A stretch of DNA of 64,000 nucleotides. Origin: Callorhinchus milii. Taxonomy: Eukaryota. The translations under genes and the position numbers were made by a program. Shown one piece after another: positions 1-11,992 of this stretch (its first letter is position 1; each line of letters begins with the position of its first letter). Below the pieces are notes generated by a model, which worked only from the letters and a program-made list of their open reading frames with translations, searched no databases and was not told where the DNA came from. The stretch lies in assembly GCF_018977255.1 (NCBI RefSeq), contig NW_024704743.1:30568001-30632000 (forward strand), written 5' to 3'.

Positions 1-2400
1 CGTGAGGTGAAAAAAGACTGGCCTCTTGTCAGCAGAGATGTTTATGCCACCAGGCGTACTGTACTGCAATAGCTTTGCATGAGTCTCATTGCTTTTCAGC
101 TGGAGCTGTTTCTCCTTATCAATATGATATGCATTCCTCCTGCAAACCTCCTACTCCTCACCTCCCCCACAACCCCTCATGCCAACACCCCACGGTCTCT
201 CCCCTACCCCCATTCCTTCAGGAACAGGATGCCCTTGAAGTGCATGCTAACATCTGGTGAATGCGAGATTCCCTCTTGCTCATCATCGCAGAGCAATTTA
301 GTGCGAGTCGATCAGCTCAGAAAGGGTTACACGCCCCATCGCCACTCTTTGAAAGGCATTTTAAACATACATAATTCTTTCAGATAAAAGCCCTCTCGTC
401 GCAGTCTGGTATTTATATCTCAGAATCGCAGAGAATGCTTTTGCCCCGTAGGATTAAAATGGCCTATTTTTATTTTAAAACCCAGGTGGCTGACAAGCCT
501 TTGGATCCAGGAGCGAAAAAACATACACAGGGTTTAAAAAGTTAATAGCTCTTCCAGCGGCCTGTTGTCAAACTCCGATGCAGAAAATGGGTGCAGGTGG
601 GAAGCTGAAGACAGAAGTTGCAATCAGCCTCTGATGTTCCGACATGATAGACTTACTGTGTAACTGTTTCGGAATTATTAGAAAAACTGCATGACAGCTG
701 AATTCCCCCAGGACACCAGTGCAATCACCTGCTCTTGCAGGTTCCTCCACGAAAAGTCCCTCAGACATACAAATTGCTGTGTGCAGCGTCTGAAGGTGCC
801 GTTTGTAGATTCTGCGACTGTCTGGAGAGCGGCGAGCAAAGAAGCAGGCAATCAGGCGGCAAAGCGCTTTTCCAAAACCTCTGCCATGACAAGAGGATTC
901 ATCACAGGCACCTTGTCCATCCATCTCCAACAGACTGCTGAGAATGCACCATTACATCACTTTGCTCTCTCTCTCTCTCTCCCCCCCATGTTAATTCCTG
1001 CAAGCAATAGCTGCTGCTTTTTTTCCAAAGATACCTTAGTCGTGCACTTTATTTCTTTTCCTCCTCCCATTGCCTGATCGCAGCTGATGAGGTAGGTTGC
1101 AGCATCATTCCCCGGCACTCTGAGGATCAATGATAATCAAATCAAAGCGAGTTGAAGGAAGAGACGGAAACGGCAACACAGGAAAGATATGATTTTTTTT
1201 AGATGGTGGGGCGGGAAGGAAAATAAATCGTTATTTACAATTGCAATTTAATAGAATAACAAGTCTGCATATAGACCTCATGAAGAAAGCGTTTGCTTTA
1301 TCCAGCCATTAAAAAGAATAGGGATTTGAAGCAAAATAAGGGAGAAGCATCCAATATCCATAACGGCAAAAAGCTCGCAACTAATTTTTTCTGCTACGTA
1401 ACTGTAGTAGTCTTCGGAGCAACAAAGCTTCTGCGGAACGCTCCAAGCCAAAAGTCACATGAGAAAGCACATGATCGAGCAGTCGGATGATGATGTGGTC
1501 AACTGTTTTATTGAAAGAAATGAGAACATCATAGGCGATGCTTGCTCTCTCTCTAGTGGTTAGAGAGTATTTCTCTCCTTCCTTCTTTTGTCCTTTTCCT
1601 CTTTTTAAAAAAATACAAGAAAAAATCTCCGACACGCACAGACTGTGGATGCTGTTCCTAAGGCATTAGCTTGATGGCAGCAATATTACTTCAGAGGGGA
1701 CACACACCAGCAGCTCCGCACGCCACACAGACAGGAGACGGCAAGCTCTCTTGTTTATTCACCTGTGAGCGCTTTGACCCTGCGGCTGAATAACACGATG
1801 GGGATATCGTCGCCTTTTGTTCCTTTTTTCCCCCACTTGGCACCGTTGACAAACTCACTGCTCGGCTACGATCCAGATGTTTCAAGCAAGGTCACGAAGG
1901 AGATTGTGTGAAAGACAATGAGAGTCTCCAGCAGGAACCGCAGGGTGAACCTTGGATGTCACACACGCACCTTGAGACTGTTTACCTCAACCCCAGTCGA
2001 CTGGGGGAGGGAGGGAGGAGAGCGGAGGAAGGAGGAGTGGCACGTGTACGCACAGTCTGGCATCTCGCCAGCGTGCTTGTGCCGGCGGTTATTACATGTA
2101 ATGAATGCCATTCAAGGTAAATCATTCTCGAGAGAAAATTAATAGAGGTTTCCTTTTCCTTGGCGAACACACAGTGCGGTACGATTTTAAAAATTAACTG
2201 GTTGCAAGCCAAATAAATTTCTCTTACAGAACTCGGAGGCGATGTCCAATTCACACCGCTCAGCAATTCAGATCAGCAGCGAATCCATAGGGGAAGAACG
2301 ACAGAGATTTTTTTTTGAAGAGAACAGCGTTATTTTTTGTCCTCGGAAAAGATGATCGCAACATGTTACATTTTAAGCATGAGCACACATTTCTTGAGGC
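1..2400. promoter_or_regulatory. TE-free, CpG-enriched putative promoter / 5'-exon region of an unidentified gene
   Basis: No recognisable TE in 2.4 kb while the rest of the window is repeat-dense. CpGs are retained. GA-rich tract at 2003-2040 is followed by E-box CACGTG (2041) and a donor-like AAG|GTAAAT (2116/2117). Other splice-like sites occur on both strands (+: GAG|GTAGGT ~1091; -: ACA|GTAAGT ~656, CAG|GTGAAT ~1762). Confidence 0.5.
962..987. repeat. (CT)n microsatellite
   Basis: gctctctctctctctctcccccccc. Confidence 0.9.
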
Positions 2401-4372
2401 TCCCGCCTGCTCAGGGTAAAAGTAAAAGAACATTTTTACTTGATATTTCAACTGAACATGATAAAAATAACAGGGCTAGCAGGATGTTTTTGATATTAAC
2501 CCCATGTCGTCTGCAATCTCAGCTTGAAAGACACATTCATAATGTGATGAATTTTGAAAACACTGCAAATCCCAAATCGCTCCAGTGTAATATATGGCAA
2601 TTGCCTCCATAGGAGAACTAGAAGTCAGTTCCCTGGAAACTGACACAGTACACATGCCCTAAGGGAGCACTAGCTAGATTTTATAGCTGCTCAATTTGAT
2701 GCACTACCGTGCAACATTTCCCTTTGTTTAGCGAACACAACACAATAATTCAACCATCCACGGGACTTTGACCTAGTAGGCTTTCCAGCGAGCTTGTAAA
2801 ACTCCTCAATACCCGCCTCAATCTCCTCTTGGATTGCAATACTTATTGATGGTCAAACTCACAAGTTGGATATAGACTCGTATTCCACACAGGTCAAGAT
2901 CGCACAGTGAAAGGGCCTTCCACCAGTCAACGACTGTACATGTCTAAATGAATGAGGATGTTGAAAAGCCCTTTGTATAAATAATGACTGAGTGGCACAA
3001 GTAAGAATAGTTTATTCATGACCAACAAAGGGTAAAGCAATAAACACATTGTTCAATGAAAAAGGCTTGTTTGGGCCATTACGTGGCTTCAAACAAATAT
3101 CGACATATTTTGCCTGTGGCAACAATGTGCTAGGATAATAAATCACTGGTTGCACAGCAGCAAAAAGTATCCCTGAGAATAGAAAGAAAGAACTCACAAC
3201 TTCATAGCACCTTACGCACTGAAACATGCTTTATCGTGTTTTAATAGCAGCGACATGCTTTATAGTAATTATTGTCAAGTGCAATGACTGCTTTTGTAAG
3301 TAGCTATTTTGTAGCCACAAGGTAAACGATCAATTTAACTGCATGATTGTTGGTCAGGACACCAGGCAAAACTTCCTTCTCCTTGAATATTTTCATGAGA
3401 TCTTTAATGTCCACCTGAAACCAGGTAGGCATTGGTTCTGCCCCTTCCAATGCCATGATATCTTTATTGTAATATGGCAACCAGAATTTTCAGAGCTCCC
3501 AAGTGCACAGTTCACAACTATATCAAGCTTACACCAAGATGAAATGTACAGGACACTGGATCATCACAAATGAAACAACATCTTCTTCTGTGGATGAACT
3601 AAGTACAACCTGAATAGGGTTTCAGCTCCCTCACACGGAAAGCCACAATTAAATCTAGTGACTGTTCCAATGATATATCTTGCTTGATTTTAAAAAAATG
3701 GAAATTTGGACAAAATATGATTCAAGAGGATCAGCATCCATATTTCAAAACTTACAAACACTGGATTCAGTAAGTTTAATTCTTATGGATTATAAAAAGT
3801 AGACATTCAGGCTCAAATGTTCTTGGAAAGCCTCTTGTTCTAGATGGGGGAGTAGACTTATGTTTCAAGAAAAGATTTGCTCAAAAACAGCAGCAACAAT
3901 TTACATTTATACAGTGCCTTTAACACAACAAGGACATCTCAAAGTGCTTCAGTCAAAGTACACCTCACTGGGAGCCTGAGCTGTGAGATGGGGTCAAACC
4001 TTAAGGATAGGAGGGAAAAGTTGGCTGAAAACGCAACTGAAAAGACAGATATCACAGGCATATTAACTAATTCAATTAAAATTCCTTTTTTAATGAGGTA
4101 AGTACAATTTGGTTAATAATTTCTAACATGATAAATGAATCACGCTCAGGCTTTCTTTGGTGCAACAGTACTGAATTAGATAGGAGAAATTGTTGAAATA
4201 TTAATGTTTCGCCCACAAAATACATAATCAATCCAGTATACTTTACAGTATATTTATGAAGTATGTTGAGATGCCTTGATAATATAAGGCGCTATATCAA
4301 AACAAGGATTATTATTAGATACTGTACTAAATTGAGTTTGGAGAAAAATGGTCCACAAGCTGACAAAAACAA

Positions 4373-4695
4373 ATAATAATAATTATTGTTGCATTTGTTA
4401 TGGTGCCTTGCATGGTTGGGAAGACGTTCCAAAGCGCTTCATAGATGTACAGTATGTAAAGTGGAGTGATTGTGTATTTGTAGACAAATGCGGTAGCCCA
4501 ATTGCACACAGCAATGTCAGGAAATGAATGATCAATTTTATTTGGGAGATTGTTGGTTAGGATGCCAGGAGAAAACCCCTTCTCTCTTCCAACATTGCAA
4601 TGGGATCTTTAACGTCCACCTGAAAAGGCAGGTGGGACTTTGGTTTATCGTCTTATCCAAAGGATAGCACCTCCAACACATCATCACTACTCCAT
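4373..4695 (-). mobile_element. Deu-domain SINE (SacSINE1/AmnSINE1-like), lacking head
   Basis: Reverse complement of the Deu core (GGAGGTGC...GGATAAGACG..AAACC....CAGGTGGACGTTAAAGATCCCA), plus an L2-type tail with (ATT)n. Confidence 0.85.
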
Positions 4696-5129
4696 TGCAA
4701 GAACAAGAAAGATATCAAAAACAAGCAAATAATCAAATATGGAAACAGTGTAAACACTGGAGAATGGGACACAGAGCTGGGAAACATGACAGATTATGAA
4801 ATTCCATTTTCAGCATTTTCTTAGACCTGAAACGCTCTTATCAAAATAAACTGAGGGTAAATTACAGAACTATTTGACTCATTTTTTCATTTATGAATTC
4901 CATGACTGAGGAAACTCAGCGCAGAGATTGAACATGCTGTATATTGCACCTCCACCTCCGAATGTGGAGACCACACCACCTCACATGAGCATTGTTGTCC
5001 TAAAGCTCATCATTGTATGAAATTTCAACTAAAGTTTGGGATTCCCAGCATAAGTAGAGCCAAATTCAAAATTTTTATGACCAGATGATGAGCATCGGCA
5101 AGTATTGTATGTGACTAAACTGTGGGACC

Positions 5130-5212
5130 AAACTGGTAGCTCATTCAGAGAGCCAGTATGGATGGGACAGGCCGAATGGCCCTATCTGTGCTGCAAATTT
5201 CTATGTTTCTAA
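5130..5212 (+). mobile_element. CR1 LINE 3' end fragment
   Basis: ggccgaatggccc...tgtgctgcaaatttctatgtttcta, the typical CR1 3' terminus. Confidence 0.7.
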
Positions 5213-5509
5213 CTATGAGTCAAGGAGCTCTCTAGCAGAGCCTGTGCTGTGTTCTGAATATACTATATTTCAATTGAACATTAGTTTGTGGAACATTGCT
5301 GTGTGCAAATTGGTTGCTGTGTTCACATACAAATACACTTCACTACACTTCACAAGAAAACCTTGTGAAGTTCTTGATGAGCACTATATTAAATGCAAGG
5401 AATATTATAAAAGTTATGCAACATGGCAGTTAAACAACATCGCATTTTGCAAGTTCCTACCACTTTCAAACATCTCAAACTGCCATAACGTAATTACCAT
5501 GTGGAAGCA

Positions 5510-5842
5510 AATACAATAAACATTTTGTACACATCAAAGTCCCACGAATAACTGAGGTGAATAACTAATTTTGTTGAGGATTGCTGGCCAGATCATTGTG
5601 AGAAAATCCCTTTTATTTTCAAGTAGTGCCATGGGATCTATGACGTCCACCTGATCAGGCAGTCTGGACCATGGTTTAACATCTAATTTGACTAGATGGC
5701 TCCTTCAGCAATACAGCGCTTCCCTAGTACTATAATGGCGTGTCAACCTAACGTATGAGCTCTAGTACTGATGTGGAGCTTGAACCTGCAACCTTCCTAC
5801 CCAAAGCAGAGAATGCTATTTATTGAGCCAACCAGACACCTA
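5510..5842 (-). mobile_element. Deu-domain tRNA-derived SINE
   Basis: gtgccatgggatctatgacgtccacctga Deu core; tRNA-like head with B-box (cttgaacc on +) near 5780. Confidence 0.8.
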
Positions 5843-6215
5843 AGGTCAAGCAAAAGTCTCTGCAACATGAGATGTGTATATCGGTGAGGAAACAGAACTG
5901 TAGAAAAATCAATGAACCCTGAAATCAATGAATTCCCTCATTCAATTTCAGCTCTATATCCAGGATTAACATTGATTGTAGCTATTCTGGGTGTCTGACT
6001 GGATAAATTCAGGCGGGGAGGGGGGGCAGGAGCTCCTAAAGATGAAGGCTACACAGCTTCTAATGTGTGGGGCAAAAGTATGTCATTTTTACAGTCACTT
6101 GTAATATAAATAAAATAGTAATCAAATTGAGAGAACAGTTTGCTGTTCAAAGAAGAGATAAGAATACCTCCCAGCGAGCCAGTTGCTATACACTGTTTCC
6201 AGACAGAGAGAGAGA

Positions 6216-6344
6216 AAAAAGGCAAAGTACTGCAGATGCTGGAAATCTGGACACAGAAGTCGCTGAGAACAGTCAGAAGGTCAAGCAGCATCCATGGTGA
6301 AAGGAAAATTAGTTAACGTTTCAGGTCAATGACCTTGCGTCATA
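6216..6344 (-). mobile_element. Penelope-like non-autonomous short repeat with degenerate minimal hammerhead motif
   Basis: Homologous to 26317-26437 in opposite orientation; flanked on both sides by (GA)n (TSD-like); minus strand reads ATGACGCAAGGTCATTGACCTGAAACGTTAAC. Confidence 0.7.
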
Positions 6345-6408
6345 AGAGAGAGAGAGAGATACTTCAACTCTTACAGGCTCAAAAAATCCTTACATTTGAT
6401 AAATGTAA

Positions 6409-6838
6409 GGAGTCCCGAAGCGTAGTGGTTAGCGCCCTTGCCTTGCAAGTGAGAGGACCCGGGTTTGTTTCCCCAGCAGGGAAAAACCTTAGGCAAGTTT
6501 CCTTCCTCCACACTCCTCTGTTTACCTGTCAGTAAGTAGGAATCCGGTTGTTAGCCAATTGGTGGATCGCAATTGGTGGGTAATAATCCCTCCAAAAAAG
6601 AATTGGTCACTGAATCTATGACTATTTGTGGGGCACTGATGTGTGCAACTGGCTGCAGTGTTTCGCCCACAAGATACACAGTCAATCCACTTTACAAAAT
6701 ATTCTGTGAAGCACTTTGAAACATCTCAATGACATGATAAGGTGTCCTTATGACATGATAAAGTGCTCCGGGATGCTACCCCGCATGAAGGGCGCTGTAT
6801 AAATACATATTCTCTTGTTATCAAATGCAGGGATTATT
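6409..6838 (+). mobile_element. tRNA-Ala-headed CORE-like/Deu-tail SINE (family A), tail interrupted by a short L2 3' end (~6762-6816)
   Basis: ggagtcc head, CTTGCAA anticodon-like loop, gggcaagtttcctt body, conserved 3' half, resumes at atcaaatgcagggattatt. Confidence 0.85.
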
Positions 6839-7228
6839 CACACATTTTTTCTAAAGCCTTTCACATCAGAACAATGTTTCAAAGTACTTTGCAAGATATA
6901 CTGTAAAGTGCACTGAGTGAATATTTAGTCCAGTAAAATAACATAAAATCACATAAGTCGTATCAGTCGGGACCATAACATTTAACATGGGGTAACGTGT
7001 TATTGCAGCCGGTAAGTGCCAATGCAGTGATGGGTTAAGACTACATTTTCCGCAATTCAATGTGCCTTGACATGTTATCGCATGCACACTTACCCACAAA
7101 CATTGAAATCGCATTGAATCAGTGTCCCACACATCAGTGTCCCACAAATAGTCATGGATTCAGTGACCTTCTGCATGTGGGGTGACACGTAAGGATGTCA
7201 TTTCCTGCGATTCAAGGCCTCCGGTAAG

Positions 7229-7611
7229 TAATAATAATAATAATCCTTGCATTTGATATAGCGCTTTTCACGTCGGGCGGACGTCCCAAAGCGCTTCACA
7301 GAACACACTGTAAAGTGAATTGACTGTATATTTGTGGGCGAACGTGGCAGCCAATTGCGCACAGCAATGTCCCACAAAAAGTCGTAGATTGAATTTTTTT
7401 TGTGGGCGAACACGGCAGCCAATTGCGCACAGCAATTTCCCACAAACAGTCATGGATTGAAAATGACCAATTTATTATTGTTTTGTTTTGGAGGGATTAT
7501 TATTAGGCGTGTGGAGTAAGGAAACTTGCCCAAGGTTTCGCCCTGCCTGGAATTCAACTCAGGTCTCTCGCTTGCAAAGCGAGTGCTCTAACCACTGAGC
7601 TACAGGACTCC
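7229..7611 (-). mobile_element. Family A SINE with internal ~50-bp tandem duplication and partial deletion
   Basis: (TAA)n tail at left, head ...gctacaggactcc at right; tttgtgggcgaac..ggcagccaattgcgcacagcaat occurs twice (~7331, ~7399). Confidence 0.9.
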
Positions 7612-7749
7612 ACAAGTGCGGAGTAATAGAGCGGCGTTACGAGTTAGGAGCTGAGTAATACAAATAGCGTAAAGAAATCTTAACTGGTTTTGATAGGAAA
7701 CTAAATGGGACTCAGGTGAATGTGCAACTTAGGTATTTATACAATTTGT

Positions 7750-8048
7750 AAAGATAAGGCTTCCGCGAGTTTTACTGTAGTCAAACACCTATTTGCACAC
7801 AACAATGTCCCATTAAAGGCTATGAAGTGAATGACCAACTTTATCTGGGAGATTGTCGGCCAGGACACTGGGAGAAATCACTCTCCTCTTCAAATTAGTG
7901 CCACGGGATCTTTAATGTTCACCTAACAGGCAGCTTCGGTTTAACATCTCATCCAAAGGACGGCACCTCTAACAATGCAGCACAACCCCAGCACTGCAAT
8001 GAAACCCACAACCTTTGTCTCATAGATGAGAATGCTGCTAACTGAGGC
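7750..8048 (-). mobile_element. Deu-domain tRNA-derived SINE
   Basis: gtgccacgggatctttaatgttcacct...cggtttaacatctcatccaaaggacggcacctct. Confidence 0.85.
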
Positions 8049-8344
8049 GGATGATTCCTGTTTTAACTTCTGACTTCCAATATATTCATCCACATAGAGC
8101 ACACCCAAAACCGTTGAGTCTAAAATTGAGATTCATCTGGAAACATATAAATCCTCATTTTTAAAAATAATTCACCAAGTAACTTTTCCTTTCTTCAAAT
8201 GGCCCACAGCACACGATTAAAACTCATAATTAAAGCAAACTTCAATGATTACTGCCATATCGTAGCAGCCTGATTCACCAGGTCGTTTGTTCTTTGTCAT
8301 TGATCAAGCCGTGCCGAGGCTGATATTTCAGGTAATAGCACGCT

Positions 8345-8525
8345 GTAGATCGTAGATTCAGGAGACCATTTGGTCCATCATGCCTCCCCCACCGGCTCTA
8401 TTGTAAGAGCTACATGTTTGGTCCCACTCCCCATTCCTTTTCTTCATACCCTTCAATAGTGTTTCCTTTTCAAACTTTTCTCTAATTCTAGTTTACAAGC
8501 TCCTATAGATTGATTCTTCACCAAG
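8345..8525 (-). mobile_element. Old CR1 3' end fragment
   Basis: ggagaccatttggtccatcatgcc...agagctac; resembles the start of 12567 copy. Confidence 0.55.
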
Positions 8526-8920
8526 TTTAGGTCAGTGCCGTAATGCAGATTTGGCAGAACAAGCACAACTGAGCATTAAAAAAAGTTCAGTAATTGCATA
8601 TTATCCTTGCAAGTAATCCTTGCAATTTATCAAATGCAAGGATTATTATTATCATTGTATTACTTCAAGCATAACATTATTGCCCATTGACGGTGATGAC
8701 CAGGGCTAAACAAAGCGTTCAAAGCTTGAAGATCAGTATCAATTAATGTCAGCTCTGTAGTCATCTTTGGAAGTCAAATGAGAGAATCTGCAAGTCAGTA
8801 AAGTTAATATTCAGGAAACTCTGTCAACTATGATTCAGCGGCTCAAAACAAACGCTGACAATATTCCCCAGAGTAGCTTGAGGCAGCATTTCATGTTCAC
8901 CACGTCTTTTCATGCAATTG

Positions 8921-8961
8921 TTTAGCAATAATTGAATGTTTAACATTCAATTATTGCTAAA
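8921..8961. repeat. Perfect 20-bp inverted repeat with 1-nt spacer
   Basis: TTTAGCAATAATTGAATGTT-T-AACATTCAATTATTGCTAAA. Confidence 0.95.
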
Positions 8962-9299
8962 TGCAGATTTGTCATTTTATTAATGAATTTAAGCACTTGG
9001 AAAGAGATACCTTCTCACTGCCCATAGCTCAGTATACAAGGTATTCGCAAAGTTGTGTTCCCCACACTGAATGAATTTTTATTTTCTGTTGCAGATGAGT
9101 CGAGTGTAACAATGTCTGATACCACTAACTTCCTTGTGAGATTGCATTGAACATTGTGATGGGTCATTATCTGCCATGAAAATGATGGCCTCACACCGAT
9201 CCTCTGGACATCTAAATATAGTTAAACACTAGTACTGAATACAATTAAGTACTTCTAAATACAGTAGAATCCTGTTAAGCCAGAGCTATCGGGGACAGC

Positions 9300-9512
9300 C
9301 GAGCTTCTCCTGTTGTCCTGGTCAACAATCCCTCAATTCAAATTGCCCATTCACTTCATGGTTATTTGTGTTCATTACTTTGTATAAAATTGGTTGCCAC
9401 ATTCACCCACAAAATACAGAGTCACTGAACTTCACAGTATATCCCGTGAAGTGCTTTGGGACATCTTCCTGATGTGAAAGGCGCTATACCAAATGTAAAG
9501 ATTATTATTATC
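9300..9512 (+). mobile_element. Deu-SINE 3' half
   Basis: tgtcctggtcaacaatccc...gtgaagtgctttgggacatc...aaaggcgctataccaaatgtaaagattattatt. Confidence 0.8.
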
Positions 9513-10214
9513 GGTCAGACATTAAGACGTTTCTTGTGTCTTGCCCGGGACATAAGAGAAGTGTTGAAAGAATCACCCTAGATACAGGAATATATCAATC
9601 TTGATGGGACTTTGGACTTTATTAAAAATTAAGTACTTGATGGTGATCATAAGTAGTTAGTGTTAAAGAGGAAACCAGACTGCTTGGAGGCAGCTTTAGT
9701 AGCAATTGAGATGTTAACAGTTCCCTTTCAGATCTCAGACCAAGAATGTCAGGGATAAATTACTGCTGTCTGAATTTATAAAGACATTAATGAAAAATTA
9801 TCTCAAAGAGTTGAAAGAAACAAGGTTTTCACTAATCCCCAAGGAAGGGTATGGAAGAGAAGTTTGTCAGACTAAGAGAGGGCATATGATCAGACTGAAG
9901 GTGATGAGTGGAAGAATTCAATGAGTTTGAAAAGGAACAGAGTTGGTGGAAGAACAGAGATCTGGGGCCTCCCGACGTGAAAGGCTCCATACAATTTTAA
10001 TGTTGTTGTTGTTGGGGAATCCGTGGAGTTGTTCCTAATCCAAAGATAAAGTGATTTGAGATGAGGTAGAAAAAAAAAGGTACATAACTTGTTTGGAGTG
10101 CACTGCTCCAGTCGAGGTTAATGTGAAATGAGCCACCAAAGTATTATGATCATGTATGCAACATAGGGGATGATTATCAGTAAGAATGCGACTTGCAAAT
10201 GGACATGTCATAAA

Positions 10215-10480
10215 TCACACAGAGCAGAAAGTTCCCAGATGCTGAGTTAAAAACGTCAGCTGGAATGGCATTGGGAGCATGACAATTTACCTCAATTTCT
10301 CTGTTGTGGGAGAGTTGGGGGGTGTTGGGTGGGGTGTAAGAATTAGTGTTGGTTCACACTAGGGATACGGGGTGAATCTCAGCTATGATAGCCATGCTGA
10401 CATTCACTGTCCAGGCTCACACTTGAAGAATGACAGACAACTTGACCTATCAGAGGGCTGGTGGTGCTTTGGAGCATTGG
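10215..10480 (+). mobile_element. AmnSINE2-like ancient SINE, decayed
   Basis: gctgacattcactgtccaggctcacacttgaagaatg motif; homologous blocks at 34090-34420, 23690-23810 and 50789-50965. Confidence 0.6.
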
Positions 10481-10604
10481 TCACTATATTGCTCTCATGT
10501 GATAACACTGTTATTTGTGGTGCAAATTTGTGCAACTGGCCTATTTGTTCCTGCACACAGGCCAGGTTCCGTGTTAAAATACTGACTTTCGGGCATTAGA
10601 TGTC

Positions 10605-10760
10605 TACCACTGGTCACTTGTTGACAGAGATCTGATGACCTGGAAGTCAGCCGTTTAACTTCTCAGAATAAAGCGGTGACTGACTTCTAGGTCAACAGGT
10701 TGCTGTCGTCACTTCCTGTTTTTCCTATGCGCAGCAAACAGGAATGACGTCGGTGGCTCC
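10605..10760. repeat. Multi-hairpin dispersed repeat (MITE-like)
   Basis: TGACCTGGAAGTCAG/CTGACTTCTAGGTCA and GTCACTTCCTGTTT/AAACAGGAATGAC inverted pairs. Confidence 0.65.
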
Positions 10761-11314
10761 CTGATAACCAGCATTTGGCTGGACTGTGCCTCCCTTCGTT
10801 GTCTGTAAATGGCGAGACTTATTCATTCCATCAGAGTAAACATAAGAGCAACTCCTCCCTATGCAGTGTAGTCAACATCACTTAGGGACTCCGATTCAAG
10901 AGCCTATTAATTGAATGACTAAAGCAGAGGCTGATTAGCAGCTCAGATTTATCCTGCAGAAAGTGGGAGATCATAACTCTCTCAATTAAACGGGATAAGG
11001 AGACTTTGCCAAGTTACCAAGGATTATGTTTAGTTGAATACTGGATACGATTCTTTGAAAATAGTTTTCCATGGCAATTATATTATTTATAGACACAGAC
11101 TGTTCCCAGAGAATTCAATTTCGCTAAAAAATTCCAATGTTGATGAAGGAGAGTTTCTCTCCATTGCTGGTGAAAGTCGAATCAATCTGGGTTCTTCATA
11201 AGCAAATGTGACCAGTCAGCCCACTAGGACTTTAGCAATTGGAAACCACGACACACTGAACCACTTTAAAATCATTCATGAACATATGCATCTCAGGCTG
11301 ACTCTGCAGAACTC

Positions 11315-11438
11315 TTACAGCACTTACGGTCACCTCCTCTCTCCCCCCGGCTCAGCGTCAGACTGCACCGTTAAGCACTCTGAGACTCTGCTCCACGTGA
11401 AGGGTGCTATATAAATGTGAGTTGTTGTTGCTGCTGTC
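11315..11438 (+). mobile_element. 5'-truncated L2 3' end flanked by ~87-bp direct repeats
   Basis: gcactctgagac...gtgaagggtgctatataaatgtgagttgttgttg tail; flanks 11227-11314 and 11439-11524 align. Confidence 0.85.
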
Positions 11439-11729
11439 GGGCTTTAACATTTGAAACCACGACCACTGAAGCACTTTAACATCATTTCTGGACATATGCA
11501 TCTCAGGCTGACTCTGCAAAACTCCACCAAGATCCCAATCTCAGCTGATGTCCTGCCAGGTATCACAAAAGACAGATTTTGATCAGGTACTAAAGACACT
11601 TGTAGTGCCCGCAACGTCTGCCCTGTTGTGACAGCAAAGTCATAGAAAGCTAGAAAGCTACTTGGGTCTGGGATAAAGATGTACAACACATCCAGCAGTG
11701 AAAAGATTTGCCTGCAAATACATGGTCCC

Positions 11730-11992
11730 TACACTTCACAGTAAAATCCTGTGAAGCACTTTGAGACTTCTCAGTGACATGCAAGACACTATATCGAATG
11801 CAAAATTGTTATTTATTAATGTATTATCCATTCATTTAATGGCTATTTGTGGGACATTTGTGTGCGCAAATTGTCTGCTGTGTTTGCCCACAAAAACAGT
11901 CACTCCACTTTATTCTGTGAAGCGCTTTGAGATGTCCTCCTGATGTGAAAGGCTCTATGTAAGAATATAAGGATGATAAGTTATTATTATTA
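11730..11992 (+). mobile_element. Two tandem SINE 3' fragments
   Basis: Two gtgaagc(a/g)ctttgaga...tail units. Confidence 0.75.

Noticed and set aside
1083..1130. Other CTGATGA occurrences (1084, 10632, 34752, 55417) as hammerhead cores
   Set aside because: No stem II followed by GAAA in the correct geometry.
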